Of a stretch of 38,968 nucleotides of DNA, positions 27,083 through 35,096 are shown piece by piece. The position numbers and the translations under genes were made by a program. Numbering within the stretch: position 1 is the first letter of the stretch; every line of letters begins with the position of its first letter. The notes under the pieces were generated by a model that ran no database searches, was not told the origin of the DNA, and saw only the letters and a program-made list of their open reading frames with translations. Origin of the DNA: Coprothermobacterota bacterium (lineage in GTDB: Bacteria > Coprothermobacterota > HKB111); contig JBBIUB010000012.1 of NCBI GenBank assembly GCA_037440465.1, forward strand, positions 1-38,968, in the 5' to 3' direction.

Positions 27083-27949
27083 ATGGCGATACTCATTAAT
27101 AAAGATACTCGTGTATTAGTTCAGGGAGTGACCGGTAAACAGGGGAGTTTTCACACTAAAGAAATGCTTGAATTTGGAACAGATGTTGTGGCTGGAACTT
27201 CCCCGGGCAAGGGTGGACTTAAAGTAGAAGGGGTTCCTGTTTTTGATACAGTTGAAGAGGCAATAGAAAAAACCGGTGCCAATGCTTCTGTAATCTTTGT
27301 TCCCGGACCTTTTGCCAAAGAAGCTGCTTTTGAAACCATTGAGTCTGGGATAAAAGTCCTAATCATCATCACCGAGCGAGTGCCTGTTCATGATGCTATG
27401 GAGATAATCCCATTTGCCAGGAGAAAAGGAACCATTGTTCTGGGACCTAACACTTTTGGTATATGTACTGCCGGTCAGTGTAAGATTGGAATTCCTCCCA
27501 ATGCTATATTTAAACCCGGAAATGTGGGGGTGGTTAGCCGTAGTGGAACTCTTACTTATGAGATTGTTTCTTCGCTTACCACCAGAGGTATAGGGCAGAC
27601 CACTTGCCTGGGACTGGGTGGAGATAGGGTAGTAGGTTTGAGTTTCGTAGATATATTAAAACTCTTTGAGGCTGATGAAGCAACAAAAGCTGTAGTCATG
27701 ATTGGAGAGATAGGAGGTAGCCAGGAAGAGGAAGCAGCTGAGTTTATTAAGGGAATGAAAAAGCATGTGGTGGCTTATATTGCAGGTAAGAGTTCTCCTC
27801 CAGGCAAGAGGATGGGTCATGCTGGAGCAATAATTGAGAGAGGTAAAGGTGCCTTTGATAGTAAGGTTAAGGCTCTCACCTCTGCTGGCGCACTGGTAGC
27901 TGAATTACCATCCCAGGTAGTTGAACTTATAAGCCTTTTGTTAAAGTAG
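27083..27949 (+). CDS. sucD: Succinyl-CoA synthetase alpha subunit
   Basis: VQGVTG, GPNT.G, SRSGTLTYE, GEIGG, phospho-His motif MGHAGA. Confidence 0.96.
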   Translation: MAILINKDTRVLVQGVTGKQGSFHTKEMLEFGTDVVAGTSPGKGGLKVEGVPVFDTVEEAIEKTGANASVIFVPGPFAKEAAFETIESGIKVLIIITERVPVHDAMEIIPFARRKGTIVLGPNTFGICTAGQCKIGIPPNAIFKPGNVGVVSRSGTLTYEIVSSLTTRGIGQTTCLGLGGDRVVGLSFVDILKLFEADEATKAVVMIGEIGGSQEEEAAEFIKGMKKHVVAYIAGKSSPPGKRMGHAGAIIERGKGAFDSKVKALTSAGALVAELPSQVVELISLLLK

Positions 27950-27956
27950 AAAAAGC

Positions 27957-27991
27957 CTCCCCCTTTTCTAAAGGGGGATTGAGGGGGATTA
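27957..27991. repeat. Palindromic intergenic repeat family B, copy 1
   Basis: CTCCCCCTTTTCTAAAGGGGGATTGAGGGGGATTA with a 9-bp stem; 33/35 identical to 38444-38478. Confidence 0.85.
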
Positions 27992-28057
27992 GGAAGTAAC
28001 TGGAGGTTAAAAAAGATAGGCCCTTACAATTTTAGTCCAGCATCACAGGAAGAGAAA

Positions 28058-28549
28058 ATGGTCTTTGGTGCACAGAGACCCGGGTATCCCGACAGGGTGG
28101 TATCTGAGGTAGCAGTTGAAGAATGGATAAATTTCGTGAAAGTGAATGGTATAAAGCGTGTTGTCTGTCTTCTCCCCGATTATCAACTTTCTTACTACAA
28201 CTCTCTACCTTCAGGTCTTCTCGGTAAATACTGCGAAACTTTCTGTGAAGATAATATTCTTCACACCCCTGTTGAAGACTATCACTTAGTTGATAGAGAT
28301 ACTCTGAGAAGGATAATTGAATTCCTGAAGGAGTCCGACCTTCTCGGAAAACCTGTGGTTGTCCACTGTTCCGGTGGTCTTGGCAGGACAGGACACATTC
28401 TTTCAGCATGGCTGGTGCATGGTAGGGGTTTTGATAGAAAAGATGCCTTAAAAGCAGTTGTAGATATGGGAAGAGACCCTTACGAAGCCATAAATTACCA
28501 AAATGCTTCAAAAGAAGACCTTTTGAATCTTCTCAATACTCTATTTTAA
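28058..28549 (+). CDS. Dual-specificity / tyrosine protein phosphatase
   Basis: VVHCSGGLGRTG (CX5R), PVED acid loop; reading frame is open upstream to ATA 28016, which has the good SD. Confidence 0.88.
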   Translation: MVFGAQRPGYPDRVVSEVAVEEWINFVKVNGIKRVVCLLPDYQLSYYNSLPSGLLGKYCETFCEDNILHTPVEDYHLVDRDTLRRIIEFLKESDLLGKPVVVHCSGGLGRTGHILSAWLVHGRGFDRKDALKAVVDMGRDPYEAINYQNASKEDLLNLLNTLF

Positions 28550-28689
28550 ATATTTTTTTAAAAGAGTGTTTCAATAAATGCCAAGGTACTGCCTGAGCTG
28601 CGCCGAGTTTGTTCTGGACAGGTTAAAGGAGAAGGGAGGCTTTACTGTTTCCGGTTTATAAAAAGCCTGGACTGAAAAGGGGTCAAGCA

Positions 28690-28986
28690 GTGATGAGGGG
28701 TTTGGTGGATTATAAAAGGCATCTCGCAGATAAAGTTAGAGGGTTTATAGTGATTGGAAGTATCCAAGGTGGCGATAAAGCCTTTTATACAGTGATACCA
28801 AAATACTGTGAGTCTGAATATATGCCGGTAGCCATCCTTCTGTTTCCTGCAGAGTCTGATAACTCCAAGGCTTGGTTAGAAGGCAATATGGTGGAGAGTG
28901 AAGTGGAAAGGCTGAGACTGGAGCACTTCACACATATGCTTTTAAAGGAGTGGATGAAGAAAGGAGAGGTAGTCCCATTTACTTGA
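28690..28986 (+). CDS. Hypothetical protein, possibly the 3' part of a frameshifted gene
   Basis: 98-aa ORF with no family recognised; frame is open back to 28627 and overlaps a 27-codon CxxC ORF at 28578-28661. Confidence 0.35.
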   Translation: MMRGLVDYKRHLADKVRGFIVIGSIQGGDKAFYTVIPKYCESEYMPVAILLFPAESDNSKAWLEGNMVESEVERLRLEHFTHMLLKEWMKKGEVVPFT

Positions 28987-29144
28987 GATGGCTTCCTGTA
29001 TATGCCCGTTTAGAGAATATCCACCTTTTGGGGAATGCTTATTGACTTAGTAATCTCGAACCCTGACCAGTAAGCGGTGGTTGTGTAGTAAAATTATCTT
29101 TGAGACGAAACGTTTCAGTAATCAAAAAGTGAGGTTAGATTGAA

Positions 29145-29522
29145 ATGTTAAGCCTTCCATTAATAAGCAGTATGTTATATTTTCTATTGGGTTTTGGGGC
29201 GGGTTCCTTTGGAGGAATGATTGGTGTAGGAGGAGGTGTCATTATTGTGCCTGCTTTGGTTTTTCTCTTTGGTTTCCCCCAACATCTGGCACAGGGCACT
29301 TCTCTTGCCATCTTTGTTCTACCTGTGGGTTTACTGGCGGCCTTAACATATTACAAGCAGGGAAATGTGGACTTGAGGGTAGCAGCCCTTTTATGTATCG
29401 GAGTTTTTCTAGGTGGTCTTATGGGTGCTAAGCTTGCCCATATGGTACCTAGTCCTGTCCTCAAGAAAATATGTGGAGTAGGTTTTTTACTTATTTCTTT
29501 AAGAATGATATTTATGAAGTAA
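29145..29522 (+). CDS. Sulfite exporter TauE/SafE family protein (half-size)
   Basis: GMIGVGGGVIIVPAL, AQGTSL, hydrophobic helices, 125 aa. Confidence 0.87.
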   Translation: MLSLPLISSMLYFLLGFGAGSFGGMIGVGGGVIIVPALVFLFGFPQHLAQGTSLAIFVLPVGLLAALTYYKQGNVDLRVAALLCIGVFLGGLMGAKLAHMVPSPVLKKICGVGFLLISLRMIFMK

Positions 29523-29586
29523 ATTAATATGGGAAGAAGCTTAAGTAGTATTTTTTATTAAAAATGATGAAAGCAGGAGGTTTCAT

Positions 29587-29768
29587 ATGAATAGCGATGA
29601 AATTCACATACATTATGTCTGTACAAATAAAGAAGCACAAAAGAATATAGAAAGTAAAGAGTAAGTCTTTGTTTCTAATTGTGGTTACGACGACTGCTGC
29701 GGTTATTTGATTGTAGTCTTTGCGTGGATGTCTGTCCGGTTAACTGCATCCAGATATTTCCAAGGTAA
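29587..29768 (+). pseudogene. Degraded small 4Fe-4S ferredoxin-like gene
   Basis: SD AGGAGG then ATG 29587, in-frame TAA at 29662, DDCCGY in the same frame, then a frameshift near 29706 into DCSLCVDVCPVNCIQIFPR-stop. Confidence 0.6.
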
Positions 29769-29832
29769 TAACGAGGGCAAAGATTTTGTTTAAAAATCGT
29801 ATAAAAAACAAGTGGAAATTAAAACAGGAAAA

Positions 29833-29860
29833 TTTACTAATAAATATTTTATGCTATATT
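29833..29860 (+). promoter_or_regulatory. Candidate sigma70 promoter with extended -10
   Basis: TTTACT, 16-nt spacer, TG-C-TATATT, upstream of SD AAGGAG and ATG 29896. Confidence 0.4.
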
Positions 29861-29895
29861 AAATCTAAGATTTCAATTAGGATAAAGGAGAAAAA

Positions 29896-31476
29896 ATGTT
29901 TGACCTTCTGATATACAACGGCACAATCATTGATGGATTGAATAAAGAACCTTTTAAGGCTGATTTAGGAATAATTGGAGATAAAATTGTGGCCATAGGT
30001 AGAATTTCTTTGATGGAAAGCAATAAGAGAATAAACGCAAACGGTCTTTGTGTCACACCAGGTTTTATAGATATTCATACTCATTCTGATGATTCTTTTC
30101 TTTTGAACCCATTTATGGAAAGTAAAATTCGTCAGGGGGTTACTACTGAAGTAGCTGGAAATTGTGGGCATTCGTATGCACCTCTGGCAGGTGAAGCTAT
30201 AAACCAGGCTGAAAAATATCTTGCTCGTTATGATTATCCTTTAAAGTGGCAGAGTATGGGTGAATACCTGGCAATGATTGAAGAGAAAAGCATTTCTACA
30301 AATGCCATAGCCCAGGTAGGTCATGGCACAATCAGAGCGGGTGTTATGGGTTACGATATGCGTAAACCAACGGAAAAAGAACTTTACTCAATGAAATATA
30401 TGTTAGCATCAGCACTTGAAGAAGGAGCACTCGGTTTTTCCACCGGACTTATATATCCACCATCCAGCTATGCCCAACCAGAGGAGATAATAGAGCTTGC
30501 TAAAGTAGTAGCCAAACACGATGGTATTTACACTACCCATATGCGTAATGAAGGGGATATGCTTTTAGAGTCAGTTGAAGAATCTATAGACGTGGCTCGT
30601 AAAGCGGGAGTAAGAGTGGAGATTTCCCATCATAAGGCTGTAGGAAAGAACAACTGGGGTAAGACAGTAGAGAGTTTAGCACTGATAGATAAAGCCCGTA
30701 ATTCAGGGTTGTCAATTACCTGCGACCAATACCCTTATATTGCTGCCGCCACCAGCCTTACAAGCCGTGTTCCGGACTGGGCACATGAAGGAGGGTTAGA
30801 TAAAATGGTGGAGAGATTGAAGGCTCATGAAACATCCAGCCGAATCAAAGAGGAAATCAAGACCCGTATGCCTGATGATTCCAGCTATGAAGCAGTTCTT
30901 ATAGCAGGTTGTCGGAGTGATATTTCCCTGGAAGGACTTACTCTACTGGATATAGCCAGGAAGTGGAGTATACCACCAGTAGAGGTTATATTTAAACTTC
31001 TCATTAATAACAATGGACTGGTGGATATTGTAAGTTTTGGGATGTGCGAGGAAGATATAGGGAGGGTTATGAAATCTCCCTTTGTAATGATTGGCTCAGA
31101 TGCAGGAGCTAAGGCAACTTATGGTCCTTTGTCTGAAGGAAAACCCCACCCGAGAAGTTATGGCACCTTTCCCAGGGTTCTCGGGTACTATAGCCGAGAA
31201 CTCAAAATAATAAATTTAGTAGAAGCTGTTTATAAAATGACCGGGTTTCCTGCGAAAACCCTTGGTCTCTCCAGAAGGGGTATATTATCGGTAGGTAACT
31301 ATGCTGATATTACCATATTTGACCCAGCTACGGTAATTGATAAAGCTACTTATATTCAACCCCACCAGTATCCTCAGGGCATTAACTATGTTATTGTAAA
31401 TGGTGTGGTGACAGTAGAAAAGGGAGAACATACGAAAGCTCTTAAAGGCAGAGTTATCAGGAGAAAAAGTGATTGA
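29896..31476 (+). CDS. N-acyl-D-amino-acid deacylase (D-aminoacylase, amidohydrolase family)
   Basis: PGFIDIHTHSD, GNCG, THMR, SHHK, GSD, PHPRSYGTFPR. Confidence 0.92.
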   Translation: MFDLLIYNGTIIDGLNKEPFKADLGIIGDKIVAIGRISLMESNKRINANGLCVTPGFIDIHTHSDDSFLLNPFMESKIRQGVTTEVAGNCGHSYAPLAGEAINQAEKYLARYDYPLKWQSMGEYLAMIEEKSISTNAIAQVGHGTIRAGVMGYDMRKPTEKELYSMKYMLASALEEGALGFSTGLIYPPSSYAQPEEIIELAKVVAKHDGIYTTHMRNEGDMLLESVEESIDVARKAGVRVEISHHKAVGKNNWGKTVESLALIDKARNSGLSITCDQYPYIAAATSLTSRVPDWAHEGGLDKMVERLKAHETSSRIKEEIKTRMPDDSSYEAVLIAGCRSDISLEGLTLLDIARKWSIPPVEVIFKLLINNNGLVDIVSFGMCEEDIGRVMKSPFVMIGSDAGAKATYGPLSEGKPHPRSYGTFPRVLGYYSRELKIINLVEAVYKMTGFPAKTLGLSRRGILSVGNYADITIFDPATVIDKATYIQPHQYPQGINYVIVNGVVTVEKGEHTKALKGRVIRRKSD

Positions 31477-32249
31477 AAAAAGCACTTAATATTAACCCTG
31501 AGTTAACTACGAAGATGATAACCTCCTTCATCCGAGAAAAGGTTTTGAAGGCAGGCTTTGGCAGAATTGTCATGGGTCTCTCGGGTGGGCTGGACTCTAC
31601 CGTGGTTGCCCACCTCGCAGTCAAGGCTCTTGGTAGAGAAGGAGTTGTGGGGATTGTTCTTCCTTACAGGACTGTAAGACCAGAAACAATCAATGATGCT
31701 GAAGGGGTAGGTCGTGATTTAGGTATAAAATACACTACTATAGATATAACCCCTATGGTAGAAGCTTATCTACCTTCTGATGTTAAAGAGCTCTATCTAC
31801 GAAAAGGCAACTTTATGGCACGAATGCGGATGGCGGTTCTCTATGACCAGTCTGTGATATATCGGGCTTTGGTTCTGGGCACCTCCAATAAAACAGAACT
31901 CCTTTTGGGATATGGAACCATATATGGGGATCTGGGCGTATCTCTTCAACCTCTGGGTGACCTATACAAAACGCAAGTCTATGAGCTGGCTCAATATTTG
32001 GGAGTTAAACAAAACATACTTAAGAAAGTTCCTACAGCAGACCTTTATCCTGGCCAGACTGACGAAGGTGACCTTGGTGCTACCTATGCAGAAATGGATA
32101 AGATTCTTTTTCACCTTGTTGAACTAAAGGAATCCTTAACGAAATTGAAACAATCCGGTTTCAATATGGAGTTGGTGCAAAGACTGAAAAAGCGTATTCT
32201 TCAAAATAGATTCAAAAGTTGTCTTCCTCCTATAGCTAAACTTTCCTGA
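31473..32249 (+). CDS. nadE: NH3-dependent NAD+ synthetase
   Basis: GLSGGLDS, GNFMARMRM, GTSNKTE, GYGTIYGD, DLYKTQV, PTADL..GQTDE; no glutaminase domain. Confidence 0.95.
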   Translation: MKKALNINPELTTKMITSFIREKVLKAGFGRIVMGLSGGLDSTVVAHLAVKALGREGVVGIVLPYRTVRPETINDAEGVGRDLGIKYTTIDITPMVEAYLPSDVKELYLRKGNFMARMRMAVLYDQSVIYRALVLGTSNKTELLLGYGTIYGDLGVSLQPLGDLYKTQVYELAQYLGVKQNILKKVPTADLYPGQTDEGDLGATYAEMDKILFHLVELKESLTKLKQSGFNMELVQRLKKRILQNRFKSCLPPIAKLS

Positions 32250-32270
32250 TGGCTTTATCAACCTCAGGTA

Positions 32271-32300
32271 TGTAACCATACAGTTGTTTTTTTAGTCAAA
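32271..32300 (+). promoter_or_regulatory. Candidate ECF-sigma autoregulated promoter
   Basis: TGTAACC (-35, AAC core) and GTCAAA (-10) at ECF-type spacing, ending 9 nt before the ECF sigma ATG. Confidence 0.55.
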
Positions 32301-32309
32301 TTTATTGAC

Positions 32310-32837
32310 ATGGAAGAAAAGGAACTTATTGATAGATTTAAAAAGGGAGAAGAAGGAGTTTTTTTCCGTTTTCTCGATATGTACGAAAAGACTGTCTATA
32401 CAATTAGCTTGAGGATTATGGGTAATTCTGAAGATGCCCTGGATGCTTCTCAAGAAACTTGGTTCAAGATATATAGGAATCTCAAAAATTTCAGAGAAGA
32501 ATCAACTCTGAAAACCTGGATTTATCGTATAGCAGTTAATACATCCTTAACAGAGTTAAAGCGTAAGAGACGCTCTAATACTTTACCTTTGGATGAGGCA
32601 GTACTTAAATCTCTACCTGTTGATTACAGTGAGTTGGAAGAAGCCCTTTTGAACCTTCCCGAAAAGTACCGGGTTGCTGTTACTTTGAGAGATATTTACG
32701 GATATCCTTACGAAGAGATAAAAACTCTTATGCATATATCATTAAGTTCTGCCAAGATTTTAGTTCATAGAGGTAGAAAGAAGTTAAAAGGTAAATTGGA
32801 AGGATATGAATTTGAGGAGGTGGAAGAGTGGAGTTAG
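32310..32837 (+). CDS. ECF-family RNA polymerase sigma factor
   Basis: DALDASQETW, TWIYRIAVN (region 2), LPEKYR..YEEI..HRGRKKL (region 4); 175 aa. Confidence 0.92.
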   Translation: MEEKELIDRFKKGEEGVFFRFLDMYEKTVYTISLRIMGNSEDALDASQETWFKIYRNLKNFREESTLKTWIYRIAVNTSLTELKRKRRSNTLPLDEAVLKSLPVDYSELEEALLNLPEKYRVAVTLRDIYGYPYEEIKTLMHISLSSAKILVHRGRKKLKGKLEGYEFEEVEEWS

Positions 32838-33139
32838 ATTATGCCATTGTAGCCTACCTTAAAGGGGAACTGGGTACTTTAGCTTGCCAGAAAGTAAAGA
32901 ATCTCATTAATACAAATGATCACTTTGCACGAAAAGCAGCTGAATGGAAGCATGCTTTGACTAAACTTGATGGTTTGAAAGAGAAAGAATACTCGGTCCC
33001 TTCTGGCTATAGGGAACTTTTAATGAAAAGATTAGCTGAAAAGAAGGTGAATCATTCTATAATTGGAGCGCTGGCAGTAATTCCTGTTTTACTTGTTGGC
33101 CTGGGGGTTTTTCTTCTCAAGCGTAAAAATGCAGCATGA
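32828..33139 (+). CDS. Putative membrane-anchored anti-sigma factor
   Basis: Overlaps the ECF gene; AYLKGEL anti-sigma-domain-like start without HxxxCxxC; single C-terminal TM helix. Confidence 0.65.
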   Translation: MELDYAIVAYLKGELGTLACQKVKNLINTNDHFARKAAEWKHALTKLDGLKEKEYSVPSGYRELLMKRLAEKKVNHSIIGALAVIPVLLVGLGVFLLKRKNAA

Positions 33140-33546
33140 AACCTGAGGAATTCATACCTCACCGACCTCCATTTCTGATGGTGGATGAACTCTTGGAAGT
33201 GGAGACAGGTGTTAAAGCTATTGGTGTTAAAAGATGGAAAAAGGAAGACCCAATATTTGAAGGGCACTTCCCGGGAGATCCCGTGGTTCCAGGAGTACTA
33301 ATTATAGAAGCTATGGGACAGGTTGGAGCTGCATCTGTATTAAGTGAAGAAAGACATAAAAATAAGAAGGTTTTTCTGGTTAAGATACAGGAGGCGAAGT
33401 TTCTAAAGATGGTGTGTCCTGAGGATGAAGTGCATTTTAACACAATAGTTCGTTACCTTAAAGGAGGCTTTGGCGAAGGTATTGGGGAAGCCTTTGTAAG
33501 AGGTACTAAGGTAGCAGAAGGAAGGATAATCTTTAAGGTGCTCTAA
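33136..33546 (+). CDS. fabZ: 3-hydroxyacyl-ACP dehydratase
   Basis: PHRPPFLMVD, FEGHFPGDPVVPGVLIIEAMGQ. Confidence 0.95.
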   Translation: MKPEEFIPHRPPFLMVDELLEVETGVKAIGVKRWKKEDPIFEGHFPGDPVVPGVLIIEAMGQVGAASVLSEERHKNKKVFLVKIQEAKFLKMVCPEDEVHFNTIVRYLKGGFGEGIGEAFVRGTKVAEGRIIFKVL

Positions 33547-34493
33547 TGATTAAAACAAAACTAACACAGATGTTAGGTTTAAGATATCCTATTTTGCAGG
33601 GGGGTATGGCATGGGTAGCTACCCCTGAACTTGTTGCAGCAGTTTCTGAGTCGGGCGCCTTTGGAATTCTTGGAACCGGTCACCTTAACAGCGAAGATAG
33701 CCTGAAAGCCATAAGAGAAGTCAAGAAACTTACTTCCCGACCATTTGGAGTAAATGTTATGCTTCAATCTATTTATGCTCAAGATATTGTAAGGGTAATT
33801 CTGGAAGAGAAACCTACCATGGTTACTACAGGAGCAGGTAATCCTTCTTCTTTTGTCCCTGCCTTAAAAGATAAAGGTATTCTGGTATTTCCTGTTATAA
33901 GTTCTGTGGCTCTGGCTATAAGACTTCAGAGAACTGGGGTGGACGGAGTAATTGCCGAAGGGAGAGAGTCAGGCGGTCATGTAGGTAAAACAGCTACCCT
34001 TCCCTTCATTCCTCAAGTGGTAGATGCTGTGAGTTTGCCAGTGGTAGCAGCAGGAGGTATAGCTGATGGCAGAGGGTTTGTAGCAGCTCTTTCTCTTGGT
34101 GCAGCAGGAATTCAGATGGGTACGAGATTTATTTGCACTAAAGAATCTAAAGTACATCAATCCTATAAAGAGGCTATAATTAAGGCTGGAGACTTGAGTA
34201 CTATCGTTACCGGTGAATCTATAGCTCATCCAGTTAGGGTTATTCGAAATAAATTAGCTAACAAGTTTATGGAACTTGAGAAAAAGAATGCTTCAATAGA
34301 AGAATTGGAGGAGATAGGGGTAGGTTCTCTGAGAAGAGCTGTTCTGGATGGTGATATTGAAGGTGGCTCGGTTATGTCTGGAGAAATAGCCGGTTTAATC
34401 AAGGATATACCTTATGTTTCAGAACTTCTATTAAGATTAGAAGAAGAGGCTCTGAGCATAATTTCTTCCCTTAAAGATCAGGTGGAGGTTTAA
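33546..34493 (+). CDS. fabK: Enoyl-ACP reductase II
   Basis: PILQGGMAW, PFGVN, TGAGNP, EGRESGGH, AAGGIADG, MGTRF; inside fab cluster. Confidence 0.93.
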   Translation: MIKTKLTQMLGLRYPILQGGMAWVATPELVAAVSESGAFGILGTGHLNSEDSLKAIREVKKLTSRPFGVNVMLQSIYAQDIVRVILEEKPTMVTTGAGNPSSFVPALKDKGILVFPVISSVALAIRLQRTGVDGVIAEGRESGGHVGKTATLPFIPQVVDAVSLPVVAAGGIADGRGFVAALSLGAAGIQMGTRFICTKESKVHQSYKEAIIKAGDLSTIVTGESIAHPVRVIRNKLANKFMELEKKNASIEELEEIGVGSLRRAVLDGDIEGGSVMSGEIAGLIKDIPYVSELLLRLEEEALSIISSLKDQVEV

Positions 34494-35096
34494 ATTCCCC
34501 CTTTTCTATATCTTCTTTTACCATTTGCTTTTATTACCGGTGGGTTACCTTTTGGTTATTGGGTAGGAAAGGTTTTCTGTAAGGTAGATGTGAGAACAAT
34601 GGGAAGCGGAAATATCGGGGCAGCTAATGTGATTAGAAATCTGGGTATTAAGTGGGGTGCTCTGGTTTTGTTGTTAGACCTTCTTAAAAGTTTTGTTCCT
34701 TTATTAATTGTCAAAAGCTGTTTCACATCACCTTTGTTAATTTCTCTCTTTGCTATTTTCCTGGTTTTTGGTCATAACTTTTCACCTTTCTTGATGTTTA
34801 AAGGGGGGAAGGGAGTAGCCACCACTATGGGTGTTTATTTTGCCCTGGCTCTACCTATTCTCCCCTGGGTAGTCATAGTATATGTGTTAACTCTTGTTTT
34901 AACTGGTTTTTCATCTCTTGCTTCCTTGTTTGCTCTATTATTTGTTCCTTTTGTCTTGTTCTTTTTCAAGTTTCCAACTTATATAATTTATTTAAGTATT
35001 TTTCTTTTTCTTCTCGCCCTTACAAGACATAAAGATAATATCCTGAGGCTCTGGCGTTGTGAAGAGAAACCACTTTTTCCCTTGAGGAGGAGATGA
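34494..35096 (+). CDS. plsY: Glycerol-3-phosphate acyltransferase PlsY
   Basis: GGLPFGYW..DVRTMGSGNIGAAN, DLLK, GHNFS, FKGGKGVAT, RHKDNILRL; the conserved N-terminus lies upstream of GTG 34590, so the start is placed at ATT 34494 (200 aa). Confidence 0.92.
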   Translation: MPPFLYLLLPFAFITGGLPFGYWVGKVFCKVDVRTMGSGNIGAANVIRNLGIKWGALVLLLDLLKSFVPLLIVKSCFTSPLLISLFAIFLVFGHNFSPFLMFKGGKGVATTMGVYFALALPILPWVVIVYVLTLVLTGFSSLASLFALLFVPFVLFFFKFPTYIIYLSIFLFLLALTRHKDNILRLWRCEEKPLFPLRRR

